Source: Nemertoderma westbladi | Taxonomy: Eukaryota > Animalia > Xenacoelomorpha | DNA length: 64,000 bases | Direction: 5' to 3' | Assembly (NCBI GenBank): GCA_032718475.1 | Contig: JAUCBJ010001257.1 | Location: forward strand, 97 to 64,096 | Shown: positions 37,322 to 50,423 of the stretch, piece by piece | How positions within the stretch are numbered: position 1 is the stretch's first letter | Layout: each line of letters begins with the position of its first letter | Translations under genes and position numbers: made by a program | The notes under the pieces: generated by a model | Databases searched by the model: none | Seen by the model: only the letters and a program-made list of their open reading frames with translations | Told to the model about the DNA's origin: nothing

Positions 37322-37584
37322 CGGCGGGACTTTTAAACACGGTTTTCCTCAAATTTGTATCGCCTAGAGCCTTGATATCCTTGGAGATGTGGAACTTCCT
37401 TCCAACAACTGGTGGATTCCTTCTGTAGTCCAGAATCCGATCCAAATGGAAGGCGGCGATCTCGGCGTTGTGTCGTTCGAGGTCACAGAAGTAGAAGTGA
37501 TCCGGATGTGTTTCTTGTGTCCGGGACATCCGGATCGGTTTCATTAGAGAACGGCCTCCTAAGTATAAATTATCTAACATGTTA
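37322..37584 (-). CDS. FAM20C: FAM20C-like kinase, internal exon (5' boundary tentative)
   Basis: [30 protein letters not shown]; donor G|gttagt is phase 1 and matches the next exon. Confidence 0.85.
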
Positions 37585-37639
37585 CTGAGTGTCGGTTAAA
37601 TACTTATGTGCGAAAAAATAAAGAAACAAGTGAAAAAAA

Positions 37640-37784
37640 CGGAGCCGCTATAATGGGATATTTGTGAAAAAATATATTTCTTAAGCAACACGTACGAACG
37701 TATTAGGGGGAACAGCGTAACACGTGTTAAAACAATGTGTTACTAAAAAATATATAGCTTCACAAATATTCCTCTAAGGCTCCG
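37640..37784. mobile_element. Small MITE in a FAM20 intron
   Basis: cggagcc..atatttgtgaa / ttcacaaatat..ggctccg inverted termini. Confidence 0.5.
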
Positions 37785-38416
37785 TAGAATAGGGCCTAAG
37801 TAGTTTACAGAGTGCGAGTGCCTGCCAGGTATCACGGTGTTAAGTAGGCTCTACTATATTTCATTATCTATAATATAAAGATTGGCAATGTAATGGTGTT
37901 GTTTGTCATCAACAACACCAACTACAATTAATAAGACGACTTATCATTTATTTTGTGTTATAGATTGTTTTTTTTCAATCACACATAAAGACATTCTGGT
38001 TCAGTTGTTACCCATATATTTCAATAACTTTATAGTCATCATGCGCAGAGACGGGGTAAATCTCAGTAAATTAAAATCTCAATTGATTAAGGAACAGTAG
38101 TAGGTTACAGTGGTACATTATTCTAAACAAAACAATAAACTATGGTCAATAGAACAGGTAAGTTTTATTTTTAGCTGTTATTTATATGCGTCGAATTTCC
38201 CTTGGAGTGTTGAATTTTGATTTGAGTCTAAGTCCACTCCTATACGCAAACGGCAATGTATTAATAATTTCTGTCATCTTGAAAAATGAGCGTCAATTTC
38301 TAAACCAGATAGTTAGTAGAGCATTCAGTACTTTATGTGACATAAAAATAAAAGAATACCAAAATTTTTTGAACTTTTGAATACCAAAAGTGTAACTACT
38401 ACTGTATAAAACTTAC

Positions 38417-38430
38417 ATTTCGTTTCCGAA
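38417..38430 (-). CDS. FAM20C: Candidate 14-nt micro-exon of the FAM20C-like gene (FGNE)
   Basis: ccacgtcag|TTCGGAAACGAAAT|gtaagt; supplies the F-x-N expected after GGTQLKLIM and reconciles splice phases. Confidence 0.55.
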
Positions 38431-38483
38431 CTGACGTGGAGGGCAGACACTTACGACTTACCAACAGCCGCCCACTAACTTAC

Positions 38484-38999
38484 CTCCATTATAAGTTTTA
38501 GTTGCGTTCCACCACGTCTGTTAATGACACTCGAAATTTCTGCTGTTGCTAAGTAACGCAAAACATCACTAATAAGAGTAGAATTCCTTTTGTAAAGGAA
38601 ATTCTCAGTTATTCCCTTGTGAAACAAATCTATCGGATTTGAAAATCTGGAATTTAATCTGTCACTTCCAATTAGTAAATTCGATTTCCAAGGATCTGGA
38701 AAACCTGATAAAATATTAAAGTAAGTTTCGAGTTTTCCTGGTTTAATCCACGACGTAATGTTGGTGGATTTCCGAGCTAAATGAACGCTATCTACAACCC
38801 ACTTCGCCAAATTAGCTGTTTCTAGATCTTCTGATTCAGTGGAGGATACCAGTTCAAGGATATTAGTTTGGAGTTGAACTGGAGATATCCGTAAATCGTT
38901 GGGAACAACAGAGTAAGTTGATTTCAATCTCACGAAAATCATTAAAGAAATAAAAAAGATTGAAACCGATATTGCAGCACGTGTACGGAAGTTAGCCAT
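38484..38999 (-). CDS. FAM20C: FAM20C-like kinase, first coding exon (upstream in-frame ATG at 39071 also possible)
   Basis: Signal/anchor AAISVSIFFISLMIFV; ends GGTQLKLIME|gtaagt. Confidence 0.85.
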
Positions 39000-39312
39000 A
39001 GGAGTAATGTTAGTCCACACGAGAAAACAAATAATCTGACTACGGTAACCCTTTGTAGTTTGGTAATGCATGTATTCAGGTTAACGTTTACCTTATACAC
39101 ACGGTTGCCTATGTTTGCCGCAGTTATAGTATAGATATAAGTATCACCACAATGAATCGATATGGGATTCAATGCCAAGATTTCCCATTTCAAGCCTTTA
39201 ATAACGCGAAATAATAATTGGTGAAAGCCAAAACTCAGCAGGTTAACCGACTTGAATGTACGCGCTTAAAATGGGAATCTACCATACCCCCAAAAACCAG
39301 GCTGTCATTCCG

Positions 39313-42300
39313 CCAAACCAACACAGCCATGAAACCAACCTACCATTCCCCAAACCAACACAGCCCTCAAACAAACCTACCATTCCCTCAAACCAACACA
39401 GCCCTCAAACAAACCTACCATTCCCTCAAACCAACACAGCCCTCAAACAAACCTACCATTTCCTCAAACCAACACAGCCCTCAAACAAACCTACCATTCC
39501 CTCAAACCAACACAGCCCTCAAACAAACCTACCATTCCCTCAAACCAACACAGCCCTCAAACAAACCTACCATTCCCTCAAACCAACACAGCCCTCAAAC
39601 AAACCTACCATTCCCTCAAACCAACACAGCCCTCAAACAAACCTACCATTCCCTCAAACCAACACAGCCCTCAAACAAACCTACCATTCCCTCAAACCAA
39701 CACAGCCCTCAAACAAACCTACCATTCCCTCAAACCAACACAGCCCTCAAACAAACCTACCATTCCCTCAAACCAACACAGCCCTCAAACAAACCTACCA
39801 TTCCCTCAAACCAACACAGCCCTCAAACAAACCTACCATTCCCTCAAACCAACACAGCCCTCAAACAAACCTACCATTTCCTCAAACCAACACAGCCCTC
39901 AAACAAACCTACCATTCCCTCAAACCAACACAGCCCTCAAACAAACCTACCATTCCCTCAAACCAACACAGCCCTCAAACAAACCTACCATTCCCTCAAA
40001 CCAACACAGCCCTCAAACAAACCTACCATTCCCTCAAACCAACACAGCCCTCAAACAAACCTACCATTCCCTCAAACCAACACAGCCCTCAAACAAACCT
40101 ACCATTCCCTCAAACCAACACAGCCCTCAAACAAACCTACCATTCCCTCAAACCAACACAGCCCTCAAACAAACCTACCATTCCCTCAAACCAACACAGC
40201 CCTCAAACAAACCTACCATTCCCTCAAACCAACACAGCCCTCAAACAAACCTACCATTCCCTCAAACCAACACAGCCCTCAAACAAACCTACCATTCCCT
40301 CAAACCAACACAGCCCTCAAACAAACCTACCATTCCCTCAAACCAACACAGCCCTCAAACAAACCTACCATTCCCTCAAACCAACACAGCCCTCAAACAA
40401 ACCTACCATTCCCTCAAACCAACACAGCCCTCAAACAAACCTACCATTCCCTCAAACCAACACAGCCCTCAAACAACCACCATTCCCTCAAACCAACACA
40501 GCCCTCAAACAAACCTACCATTCCCTCAAACCAACACAGCCCTCAAACAAACCTACCATTCCCTCAAACCAACACAGCCCTCAAACAAACCTACCATTCC
40601 CTCAAACCAACACAGCCCTCAAACAAACCTACCATTCCCTCAAACCAACACAGCCCTCAAACAAACCTACCATTCCCTCAAACCAACACAGCCCTCAAAC
40701 AAACCTACCATTCCCTCAAACCAACACAGCCATCAAACAAACCTACCATTCCCTCAAACCAACACAGCCATCAAACAAACCTACCATTCCCTCAAACCAA
40801 CACAGCCATCAAACAAACCTACCATTCCCTCAAACCAACACAGCCCTCAAACAAACCTACCATTCCCTCAAACCAACACAGCCCTCAAACAAACCTACCA
40901 TTCCCTCAAACCAACACAGCCCTCAAACAAACCTACCATTCCCTCAAACCAACACAGCCATCAAACAAACCTACCATTCCCTCAAACCAACACAGCCATC
41001 AAACAAACCTACCATTCCCTCAAACCAACACAGCCATCAAACAAACCTACCATTCCCTCAAACCAACACAGCCCTCAAACAAACCTACCATTCCCTCAAA
41101 CCAACACAGCCCTCAAACAAACCTACCATTCCCTCAAACCAACACAGCCCTCAAACAAACCTACCATTCCCTCAAACCAACACAGCCCTCAAACAAACCT
41201 ACCATTCCCTCAAACCAACACAGCCATCAAACCAACCTACCATTCCCTCAAACCAACACAGCCCTCAAACAAACCTACCATTCCCTCAAACCAACACAGC
41301 CCTCAAACAAACCTACCATTCCCTCAAACCAACACAGCCCTGAAACAAACCTACCATTCCCTCAAACCAACACAGCCATCAAACAAACCTACCATTCCCT
41401 CAAACCAACACAGCCATCAAACCAACCTACCATTCCCTCAAACCAACACAGCCCTCAAACAAACCTACCATTTCCTCAAACCAACACAGCCCTCAAACAA
41501 ACCTACCATTCCCTCAAACCAACACAGCCATCAAACAAACCTACCATTCCCTCAAACCAACACAGCCATCAAACAAACCTACCATTCCCTCAAACCAACA
41601 CAGCCCTCAAACAAACCTACCATTCCCTCAAACCAACACAGCCCTCAAACAAACCTCCAAACCAACACAGCCCTCAAACAAACCTACCATTCCCTCAAAC
41701 CAACACAGCCATCAAACAAACCTACCATTCCCTCAAACCAACACAGCCATCAAACAAACCTACCATTCCCTCAAACCCACACAGCCCTCAAACAAACCTA
41801 CCATTCCCTCAAACCAACACAGACCTCAAACCAACCCACCATTCCCTCAAACCAACACAGCCATCAAACAAACCTACCATTCCCTCAAACCAACACAGCC
41901 ATCAAACAAACCTACCATTCCCTCAAACCAACACAGACCTCAAACCAACCTACCATTCCCTCAAACCAACACAGCCCTCAAACAAACCTACCATTTCCTC
42001 AAACCAACACAGCCCTCAAACAAACCTACCATTCCCTCAAACCAACACAGCCCTCAAACAAACCTCCAAACCAACACAGCCCTCAAACAAACCTACCATT
42101 CCCTCAAACCAACACAGCCATCAAACAAACCTACCATTCCCTCAAACCAACACAGCCATCAAACAAACCTACCATTCCCTCAAACCCACACAGCCCTCAA
42201 ACAAACCTACCATTCCCTCAAACCAACACAGACCTCAAACCAACCCACCATTCCCTCAAACCAACACAGCCATCAAACAAACCTACCATTCCCTCAAACC

Positions 42301-43095
42301 AACACAGCCATCAAACAAACCTACCATTCCCTCAAACCAACACAGACCTCAAACCAACCTACCATTCCCTCAAACCAACACAGCCCTCAAACAAACCTAC
42401 CATTCCCTCAAACCCACACAGCCCTCAAACAAACCTACCATTCCCTCAAACCAACACAGACCTCAAACCAACCCACCATTCCCTCAAACCAACACAGCCA
42501 TCAAACAAACCTACCATTCCCTCAAACCAACACAGCCATCAAACAAACCTACCATTCCCTCAAACCAACACAGCCATCAAACAAACCTACCATTCCCTCA
42601 CAGCCCTCAAACAAACCTACCTTTCCCTCAAACCAACACAGCCCTAAAACAAACCTCCAAACCAACACAGCCCTCAAACAAACCTACCATTCACTCACAC
42701 CAACACAGCCCTCAAACAAACCTACCATTCCCACAAACCAACACAGACCTCAAACCAACCTCCAAACCAACACAGCCCTCAAACAAACCTACCATTCCCT
42801 CAAACCAACACAGCCCTCAAACAAACCTCCAAACCAACACAGACCTCAAACCAACCTACCATTCCCTCAAACCAACACAGCCCTCAAACAAACCTACCAT
42901 TCCCTCAAACCAACCCAGCCATCAAACCAACCTACCATCCCCTCAAACCAACACAGACCTCAAACAAACCTACCATTCCCTCAAACCAACACAGCCCTCA
43001 AACAAACCTACCATTCCCTCAAACCAACCCAGCCATCAAACCAACCTACCATTCCCTCAAACCAACCCAACACAACCTTCTAACCAGCCCACCAT
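39313..43095. repeat. Tandem minisatellite, 38-bp unit caaaccaacacagccctcaaacaaacctaccattccct (about 100 copies)
   Basis: Period 38 read directly; + strand has one G per unit; diverges toward the right end. Confidence 0.98.
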
Positions 43096-43411
43096 TTGTG
43101 AAAGTGTGTTAGAATGGCTGGAAAGCTAGGTAAGAAAAATAAAATAAAATATAATAATTATTATCATTACTTAATACGCTAATTATATATTTTTTTACAT
43201 TAAATTTATATTATTGCAACTAAATTACGTAGCACATTGTTATCGCGGTAGACAGTGTATGTAGGTTCTGGTTTTATAGGGCGGCAATCTGAAATGTTAA
43301 CCTAAACGGTGAAGCGAAAATATTTGATATTAACCTAGAGTGTGTAAAGTAACACTGTAAAGTTGCATGCAGCGCAGGTAATAGGTAGGTTGTAACATTA
43401 TAAGGAAAACT

Positions 43412-43703
43412 TAAATTTAAAACTTTTACGTTCGAATATACCCCAAAATCGGGAGAAAGGTTGTACTTCTCCCGCAACGCGTAGGTTTGCATTGCGTTGG
43501 TTTTACTTACCGACGAAAAAGTAAAATATAATATTTTGGTGGAATTTCATAAATTTATTTCATTATGTTGAAAGAACATTGACGTAGAAAAGGTTTCCAA
43601 ATGATTTGAGCAAAATCCATGCGTACATTCAAAAGTTATTGCGACTTACGTGTCTGCAAGGTAAACTCCAAAACGGACTCAATATCCAATATTGGTTTAT
43701 GTA
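43412..43703 (+). mobile_element. Interspersed repeat (DNA-transposon-like), copy 1
   Basis: Reverse-complement similarity to about 53215-53515 (aatataccccaaaatcgggag; tatccaatattggtttatgta). Confidence 0.65.
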
Positions 43704-44768
43704 TTCTATCTTATATTAAAGAATTGACCAACAAAAAGTACTAAATTAAGAATAAAATTACGTATTAGGCCTACATGGGGAAAAAACTAGAATATCTTCA
43801 ATATTATAGTGAAAAAAGGTTTGGCATCCGTTAAGTAAACCAATCTGGAATCAAAGGATATCAAATGTCTGGCCCAGAAATAATATATTTTGTCAAGTTA
43901 CCAAAATAGTTGTCTCAATTTATATAGATTACTTAAAGCTCTAGTTAAGTAGCGTTATATTGAAACTGATCATTCAACAATTACTTCACCACGTCGTTGT
44001 TAATTGATATAAAATATTATTCATAATTAATTAACTTAATATGCGCTAATTTACTTTACAATGTTCTCTCTGATCCTCCTTAATATATTTGCAGTAAGTC
44101 GCTACGTTCGTTCATGTAACAAAGCACTCGGATCAGCAGATTGTAAAGTGTTACTTTACACACAGCTGGTAGGTAAATAAGTTACTTTGTGGATATTATC
44201 GTTATTTCATTATTTTATCAAAGTAAAATAGTTGCCCAAAACCCGTTTTATACTTACTTACACCTTACTTATACTTATACTTATACTTATAAATAAATTA
44301 AATGAACATAAACTGATGTTGTTAAGTTATTATTGTAACAAAAGCTCGCGGGAGTTGAAAGAGAAATTGGTCTACCTAGTTCCGGGACTCAGCTGCCTGA
44401 TAGACCGTTTCCTAGGTTACAGTAATAGACAAACATTTAGCCAAATGAGAAAGGAAATTCGATTATAGAGTCAAAAGTTGCACACCCAACCCAACCTAAA
44501 CTGACTCGGGCACAACTATTAATATATCTGCACAGTATTGTTAGCCATTAACCAGCATTGGACTGCATAAGCAAACTATTTGTAGCCTAAACTTTACTAC
44601 TACAAGGTAGAATAAATAATCCTCGGCTTGTTTCCATGCTGTTTGACAAACCCCTGAGAAAAGCTAATCAATGACAATGTATAAATATAATAGGAGATGG
44701 AAGAACCCCAGAAAAAAGCTGAAACACAGTTTGTTTGTCGATACGGATATTTAATTAACAACGAGGCG

Positions 44769-46364
44769 TTAATTCATCATCTCGGGACTCGGTATATTCT
44801 TATCGAACACAGATCCCGTGGACTTAAGAATGTCGTTGACGTCCCGACGGAAAATGGCGAGATTTTGCGAGAATTGTTCGCGATTCTTCGTGGATAGATT
44901 GTTCTCGATACCCTGCATCAGAAGATTGAAACAAACATTGAGTTCCTCTGATTTATCGCGTGGTAAGGAATCAATGATGGACTTCTTGAGTTCCTGGAAG
45001 TAACCCGGCTGTAGTAGTATGCAGCACAACAGCGGCCGAGACATGGAATACTGGTTGCGGCATTCCTCGAAGATAAGAACGCGAAGAACGTTGCCCATAA
45101 TATCCTGGAAAATAGTAGAATGCTCGGTTACCAGCGATAGGAACGCGGGGTTTTCCGGGTAGACCACGAACGCGTGGGGCTTCTTCATAGGTTTGGTGAG
45201 TCGTTTAAAGATATACGTGAGTATGTGATCGAGAGCAGAACAACACTCTGTGCAGACTATGGTCTCGAGAGAGGCGAGACCTTCTGAGGCTGTGGTCGTT
45301 ATGTAGGCGACTACCTGGGGGTCTAAAGACGCCAAGAACTCTACGTGTTCCTGGGTGAGAACTTCGAGCAAGGAGTAGTAGGACTGGGTTAGCTTAGGGT
45401 AGCACAACAGGTCCGATCGGTCCACCGACATGAGGAGTTTAACGAACATGTTGAGAGCGTTGTCGAGGGCGGGATCCTCGTACAGTTTAAATATCCCGAA
45501 GTTGAGGTACGAACCGCAAAGGGCGGCCTTCAACGCGTTGAAACAAATGAGGATTCCTTTTAGCTTCGTCGGGTAGATATCCTCTTTGGGGACATCCCGG
45601 AAGGTTAGAAGGCGTTCCGAGTAGCTCACCAGTATCTTACTGCACTCGCGGAAGAGGAGAAGGCCGTGGATGCTGGACTCGAGTTGCAGCCGCTGACTCC
45701 GGTTCATCAGCATCTCGCAGACGAGTTTAAGCGCGGGCGTGGTCACCCGGTAGTCGGCGTACCAACGGCTGATCGCGACGAGGATCAGCGAGGTAAAGTG
45801 AGGGTAGACCCAGTCGAAGAGGAGCCCGTAGGAGAACTTTGTGTTGAAGGAGGTCGCGATGCCCCGCAGGTCGCGGCACAGCCCGACGAACATCCGTTTG
45901 GTGAGGTCCTCGTCGACCGGCTGCACCGCGGACAGACTCAGTTGGTTGCGGACCTGGTTGCAGGCGGCGTCGATGGGCCGGAGGAAGCGTTCGAAGTGAT
46001 CCTCCTCGTTGTCCGCCAACTCCACCAGCAGCATCCGCGCCAACGTCGTGTAGAACATCGTCCGACAGCGGAGGTCCGACAGCCCGTTGGCGCCGGAGGC
46101 AACCGACAGGAAGGGGAAGTTGTCGTCCGTGTGGTTGTGCAGTAGGAATTGTACGGCGTCTAGTTTGGTGAGTTTCCGCACGCTGTTGTAGCCGACGGAG
46201 AGCTCGCACAGCAGTTTGAGCGTGTTGTTGATGATGAGTTCGCATTTGGCCCAGAGCTTGAGGTTCGTGATCATCTTGGTTATTAAGACCCCGAGGACCG
46301 CCTTCTCGTCCTCCAACTGAAGGACCTCGGAAAGCCTCCGGTAGATATACGACGTCTTCTGCAC
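44769..46364 (-). CDS. XPO7: Exportin-7 (RanBP16/17 family), last exon
   Basis: ttttcag acceptor; KMITNLKLW, CRTMFY, GLCRDLRG, NRSQRLQ, CRNQYSMSRPLL, NREQFSQNL. Confidence 0.93.
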   Translation of the reverse strand: MQKTSYIYRRLSEVLQLEDEKAVLGVLITKMITNLKLWAKCELIINNTLKLLCELSVGYNSVRKLTKLDAVQFLLHNHTDDNFPFLSVASGANGLSDLRCRTMFYTTLARMLLVELADNEEDHFERFLRPIDAACNQVRNQLSLSAVQPVDEDLTKRMFVGLCRDLRGIATSFNTKFSYGLLFDWVYPHFTSLILVAISRWYADYRVTTPALKLVCEMLMNRSQRLQLESSIHGLLLFRECSKILVSYSERLLTFRDVPKEDIYPTKLKGILICFNALKAALCGSYLNFGIFKLYEDPALDNALNMFVKLLMSVDRSDLLCYPKLTQSYYSLLEVLTQEHVEFLASLDPQVVAYITTTASEGLASLETIVCTECCSALDHILTYIFKRLTKPMKKPHAFVVYPENPAFLSLVTEHSTIFQDIMGNVLRVLIFEECRNQYSMSRPLLCCILLQPGYFQELKKSIIDSLPRDKSEELNVCFNLLMQGIENNLSTKNREQFSQNLAIFRRDVNDILKSTGSVFDKNIPSPEMMN

Positions 46365-47188
46365 CTGAAAACAAAGCGAATAAACAGTAAATTAAATTTA
46401 CACAAGAACCACACGGTGGTTACGATATTACTATATATATGTCGTCAGTTGTAAATCGTCAGACTTTATGTTTAATCCCTATGCCTAACAGCCGAAGAAA
46501 ACTTTTACTTTTTGTACATCCTGTAATCTTAAATCATGGAAATATTAAACTAATTAGGCTTAACTACCCTATTTAATACAGAGTTAGTAATCTAAAGCCA
46601 TTTATTGGGAAGGAATACTCTACATCATTGGGTTTTGGGTTGGTACAGTACAAGTGGCCTTAGTTTAGGTCTCAAATTGATAAAGACTATAAATAATGGT
46701 ATGGGAATGTCAGTGAAACACTTTTATACTACTGTAACACATTCTATGTCAATCTACTTGAAACAAATGAGTTTATTTGATATTATAGGAGTTGGTACAA
46801 ATGAAGCTGATGGTGATGAACCAAATTTAGAGATAAAATGATTCGATTTTGGTGAATGAAACAAACATTAAACAACCATTGGAACACTTTCTACCTGCTA
46901 ACTGAGTATAAAAACCCTTACACTAGTTCGACCCCTCTCCATATTCCTTAAATGATATCAACATTCAATCAGAATATAGCTCATTAACCAATCCCAGGCG
47001 TTAATTCAATAAAATGTTCCTACTAGTGTAAGGATTGGGAATACGCGCGTCCGGGAATGCTGTGACTTAACATAGAGACGAGATATTAATTCGCAGAGAT
47101 GAGATTTGCGTCAACCCCCCCCCCCCCCCCCCCCCCCTTTATGAACGGCGATATCTAAATAAAATCAAATTCAATAATTTCCGCTCAC

Positions 47189-48400
47189 CTGCTCCCCAAT
47201 GTAAATCTTGCGGAACTGATCGAAGAACCCCAGATAGGCCAACTCGATATACTCGCTGCCAACAACCGAGACGCCCGCGTCCTGGGGGTTCTGGGACCCG
47301 ATAATAACGGGGCGGCCCCCACCGCCCCCAACGAGTCGCGAATCCGTGAGCTTCATGAGCTGGAGAACGCGGCAGGTGAGATCCCCGTCCATGGAATCGT
47401 GGTCGTCGGAGCTCACGAAGGAGACCCGGCCCCCGACCACGGCCCCGATCATGTGGACCAACCAGGCGAGTTTCATCTCGACGACGACTCGCGAGGCGTC
47501 GTCAGGGGATTCCTCGTACAACCTCGCGAGCGGGTCGAAGAGACTCGCGATGAGGTTGCAGGTCGCCGGGTAGTCGCACCTACCGACGCTGCTCAACTGG
47601 TCGAGTTGCTGCGTCAATGCGCCCCGGTTGCTCAACGGGTTCTCCCCCTTGGCGGAATCCTCGGAAACTAAACTCAACCGCGACGTTATATAGGCTTTAG
47701 AGACTTCCGGCGCGTAGGTCGAGAGATGGTGCGGCTCGGTTGACTTCACGTAGGGCACCGAGGCGACTAGTCGCTGCCACAGCGACATGAGGTAGTGGAT
47801 GCTGTTTGCGGCGACCCCGCCGGCCTGGAGGGACTCGACGGTGAACTCGGCGATGAGTCGGATGGCCACCGGGTAGGCCTCGAGTTTGACCAACTCCGAG
47901 AGCTGGTAATTGGTTTTGAGGCAGGCGAGGAGTCTGCAGAACTCGTGGTAGCCGTCGGGGTTGGCGAGTTTCTGGGGGTTCCGGAGGATCCCGTTGACGC
48001 CCTCGAGGATGGTGCCGAGGAACTTGCAGCGCTCCGCGGCGTTGAACAGCGAGCGTCGCGTGCTCGCGAACTGGGCGAGGCACGCTATGGGGACCGCGCA
48101 GATGTCCGCGGGCAGCGCGGTGTAGAGGTCGAAGAAGAGGTTGAGCGTGGAGACCTCTAGGAAGGTGTTGCGCCAGCTGGTGGGGACCTGGACGGTGACC
48201 AGGTCGTCTACTGTCTCGTCGCTGCTCATCCCGATAAAGTCGAAGGTGAGACAGGACTGGGTGAGTTTGAGGAGGTGTGTGATGAAGTTTTGGTTGAGGG
48301 CGTTGGTGTAGTCGATGGATTTGGCGAGATGACGTAGAATAAGGTTGCAACACAGAGTGAATACGTCGTAGAGAGAGGCGTCTCTAAAGGAAGCGCTCAC
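47189..48400 (-). CDS. XPO7: Exportin-7, internal exon
   Basis: ttctag|VSASFRD ... FDFIG, YHEFCRLL, LWQRLVASVPY, FRKIYIGEQ|gtgagc; phase 0 at both ends. Confidence 0.93.
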
Positions 48401-48966
48401 CTAGAACGGGGCGGTAATTATAGACAGTAGATCTAACCGTGGTGATATTGTTTTTTGCGAAAAATGAACAGATAGGGCCTATCATTTAAAAAAAAGTTAT
48501 AAAAAGTTTAAAATAAAAAGTTTTTTTTATAAAAAAAGTTTAAAAAAAGGACTATATATTAATTAGTATTAGGCATATTCGATAAAAAAAAAGTAAGCGG
48601 AAAACACCGCCTTTTTCACTCATTTTAAATTTAGCGAAATTCAACTATTCTGTCCGAGTGGTTGAGTTAGCGAGTGTTTAAAAAAGTTAAAAATAATTAT
48701 TTATTACATGGGAAAAAAGTAAAACTTTTTTTTCATTAACCTCGAGGTATTTTATTTACCGAGCGTCAGCGAGGTTATTTTACTATTTAACCATTTTACT
48801 ACATTGCTTCCACTCATCTGCCACTTATGCGTTACTCAATGTTAAATAATTTAGTGTTCTCGATTATTAATTACGTAACTACAGTGGAGAGCCGCTTAAC
48901 ACGTTAGCTGCGGATTGAGCGCCGGTGATCAATGTTTCCACAACTCTTGTCTTGACAACGCTTGTC

Positions 48967-49605
48967 TCTTCAAGGCCAGTGTCCTTTAAGATGCGTCTCA
49001 AGAAAGTCATGGGCTGTCCACCATGCATATTCACTCCATGAGGCTGCCAAAGTACAAGATTATGCACTGGCTGGTCCTCACGGCGAAAGCAATGTCCTGC
49101 AAAGCGGAGGCGATTTTGTTCTAGTGTCAAGCTTGGGGGAACCAATGAGACACCTCCAATGCTATATAGTGTCTGGTTGGAGATGTGTGCATTGTACTTG
49201 ACACAATGAACCCGGCGTAGCATTTTTGTGAATGTGCCATCCAGAGATTTGGTGTCCTCAGCAGTTAGAGCCCAGCATGGACTCCCGTAGAGGAGTACTG
49301 GAACTACTGCTGCTCTAAATAATCGGACCTTAAGTTTCCGATTAATTCTCGGTGACTTCCAAATCATGGAAGGCCTATTCAAGGCAGCCCATGCCTTTCC
49401 CTTACGTATTCGAAGGTCCTCACCTGACTTCCGGATCCATGATCCCAGGTAACAGAAGTCATCCACATGCTCAAGCATACCATCTTTTGAGCTTATGCTC
49501 ATCCGATCAGAGACTTGCTGAGGACTTTCAAAGTTAACTGTCAAAATTTTGGTCTTTCTGGAGTTAATAAAAAGACCAACGCTAGAAGCAGCATGTTCTA
49601 ATGAG
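48967..49605 (-). mobile_element. RTE LINE fragment, inverted copy of about 27576-28208, 3'-truncated
   Basis: 221-aa ORF near-identical to the 27634 copy, with VLLYGS..W intact. Confidence 0.9.
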
Positions 49606-50423
49606 CTGAGGAGCTGAGGTGTAAAATACTATATTACACCATGACCCGTAAATAGCTTATCATTTTCTGGTGACACGGACCCCCAGATTTTTCTACCAAT
49701 CTTTATCATATTGTTTGAAATTTGAAACACAACTAGTTCCACTCACCGTCGATGTCCACATGAAGCCGGAATTTTCGATTTTGCCTCTAAATTTTTTTTA
49801 TAAGCGTTTTAAAAAAGTGTCTTGCGAAATCCTACCATCCGTATTGTGGTCATTTGATTTTTACACCAAAACCTTTTTTTCTGCAGAACGGGAAACTTGC
49901 GTTTTTTTAGAAATGATATAATATCACCCTCCCAACCACAGCAACGGTTTAGTTTACCATAGTAACGACGTGTTTACCATAGTAACTTACTGTTTATCAC
50001 AATAATGCGAGGTTTGATTGTAATTTAAGTGGTGGAAATTAAAAAGGCATTACTTTTAATATTAATGTTATTCAATGGTGTGCATCTATCTGGGCATGTT
50101 AGGCCAAAGTGATAGAATGAATAGCCCCGTCAAAATGTGACTTATGCTGCAGGAATTGGCGGCACTAATAGATGCTATGAGATTGTCTCCTAAAATTGTC
50201 CAACTCTAACTAAGGAAAATTTAGCCTTTCTATGGCCAACAAGCAGTAGTAAAGAAGATGCAGGGGTGGGGTAGTTTTCGTTTTTGCACGAAAGTGTTAT
50301 TATTACTAGTTACGTCCATCCTTTGGGGGGTGGGTATAGTTCTGAAGGACACTTGACCTACTGTACTACTATAGTACAGGCCTAATATATATTATATATA
50401 TTGTTATTGCTGTATTATTATAA

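Noticed and set aside
15354-38999. Biomineralisation cluster (Gla-like peptide plus FAM20C)
   Set aside because: The genes are about 18 kb apart with unrelated housekeeping genes between them; no evidence beyond proximity
39218-43129. 1303-aa mucin-like ORF
   Set aside because: The 38-bp unit is not a multiple of 3 and is stop-free in all + frames because of base skew; no signal peptide, and the track start codon is not ATG
45666-48353. Overlapping and antisense ORFs of 75-218 aa
   Set aside because: Shadows of the GC3-rich XPO7 exons
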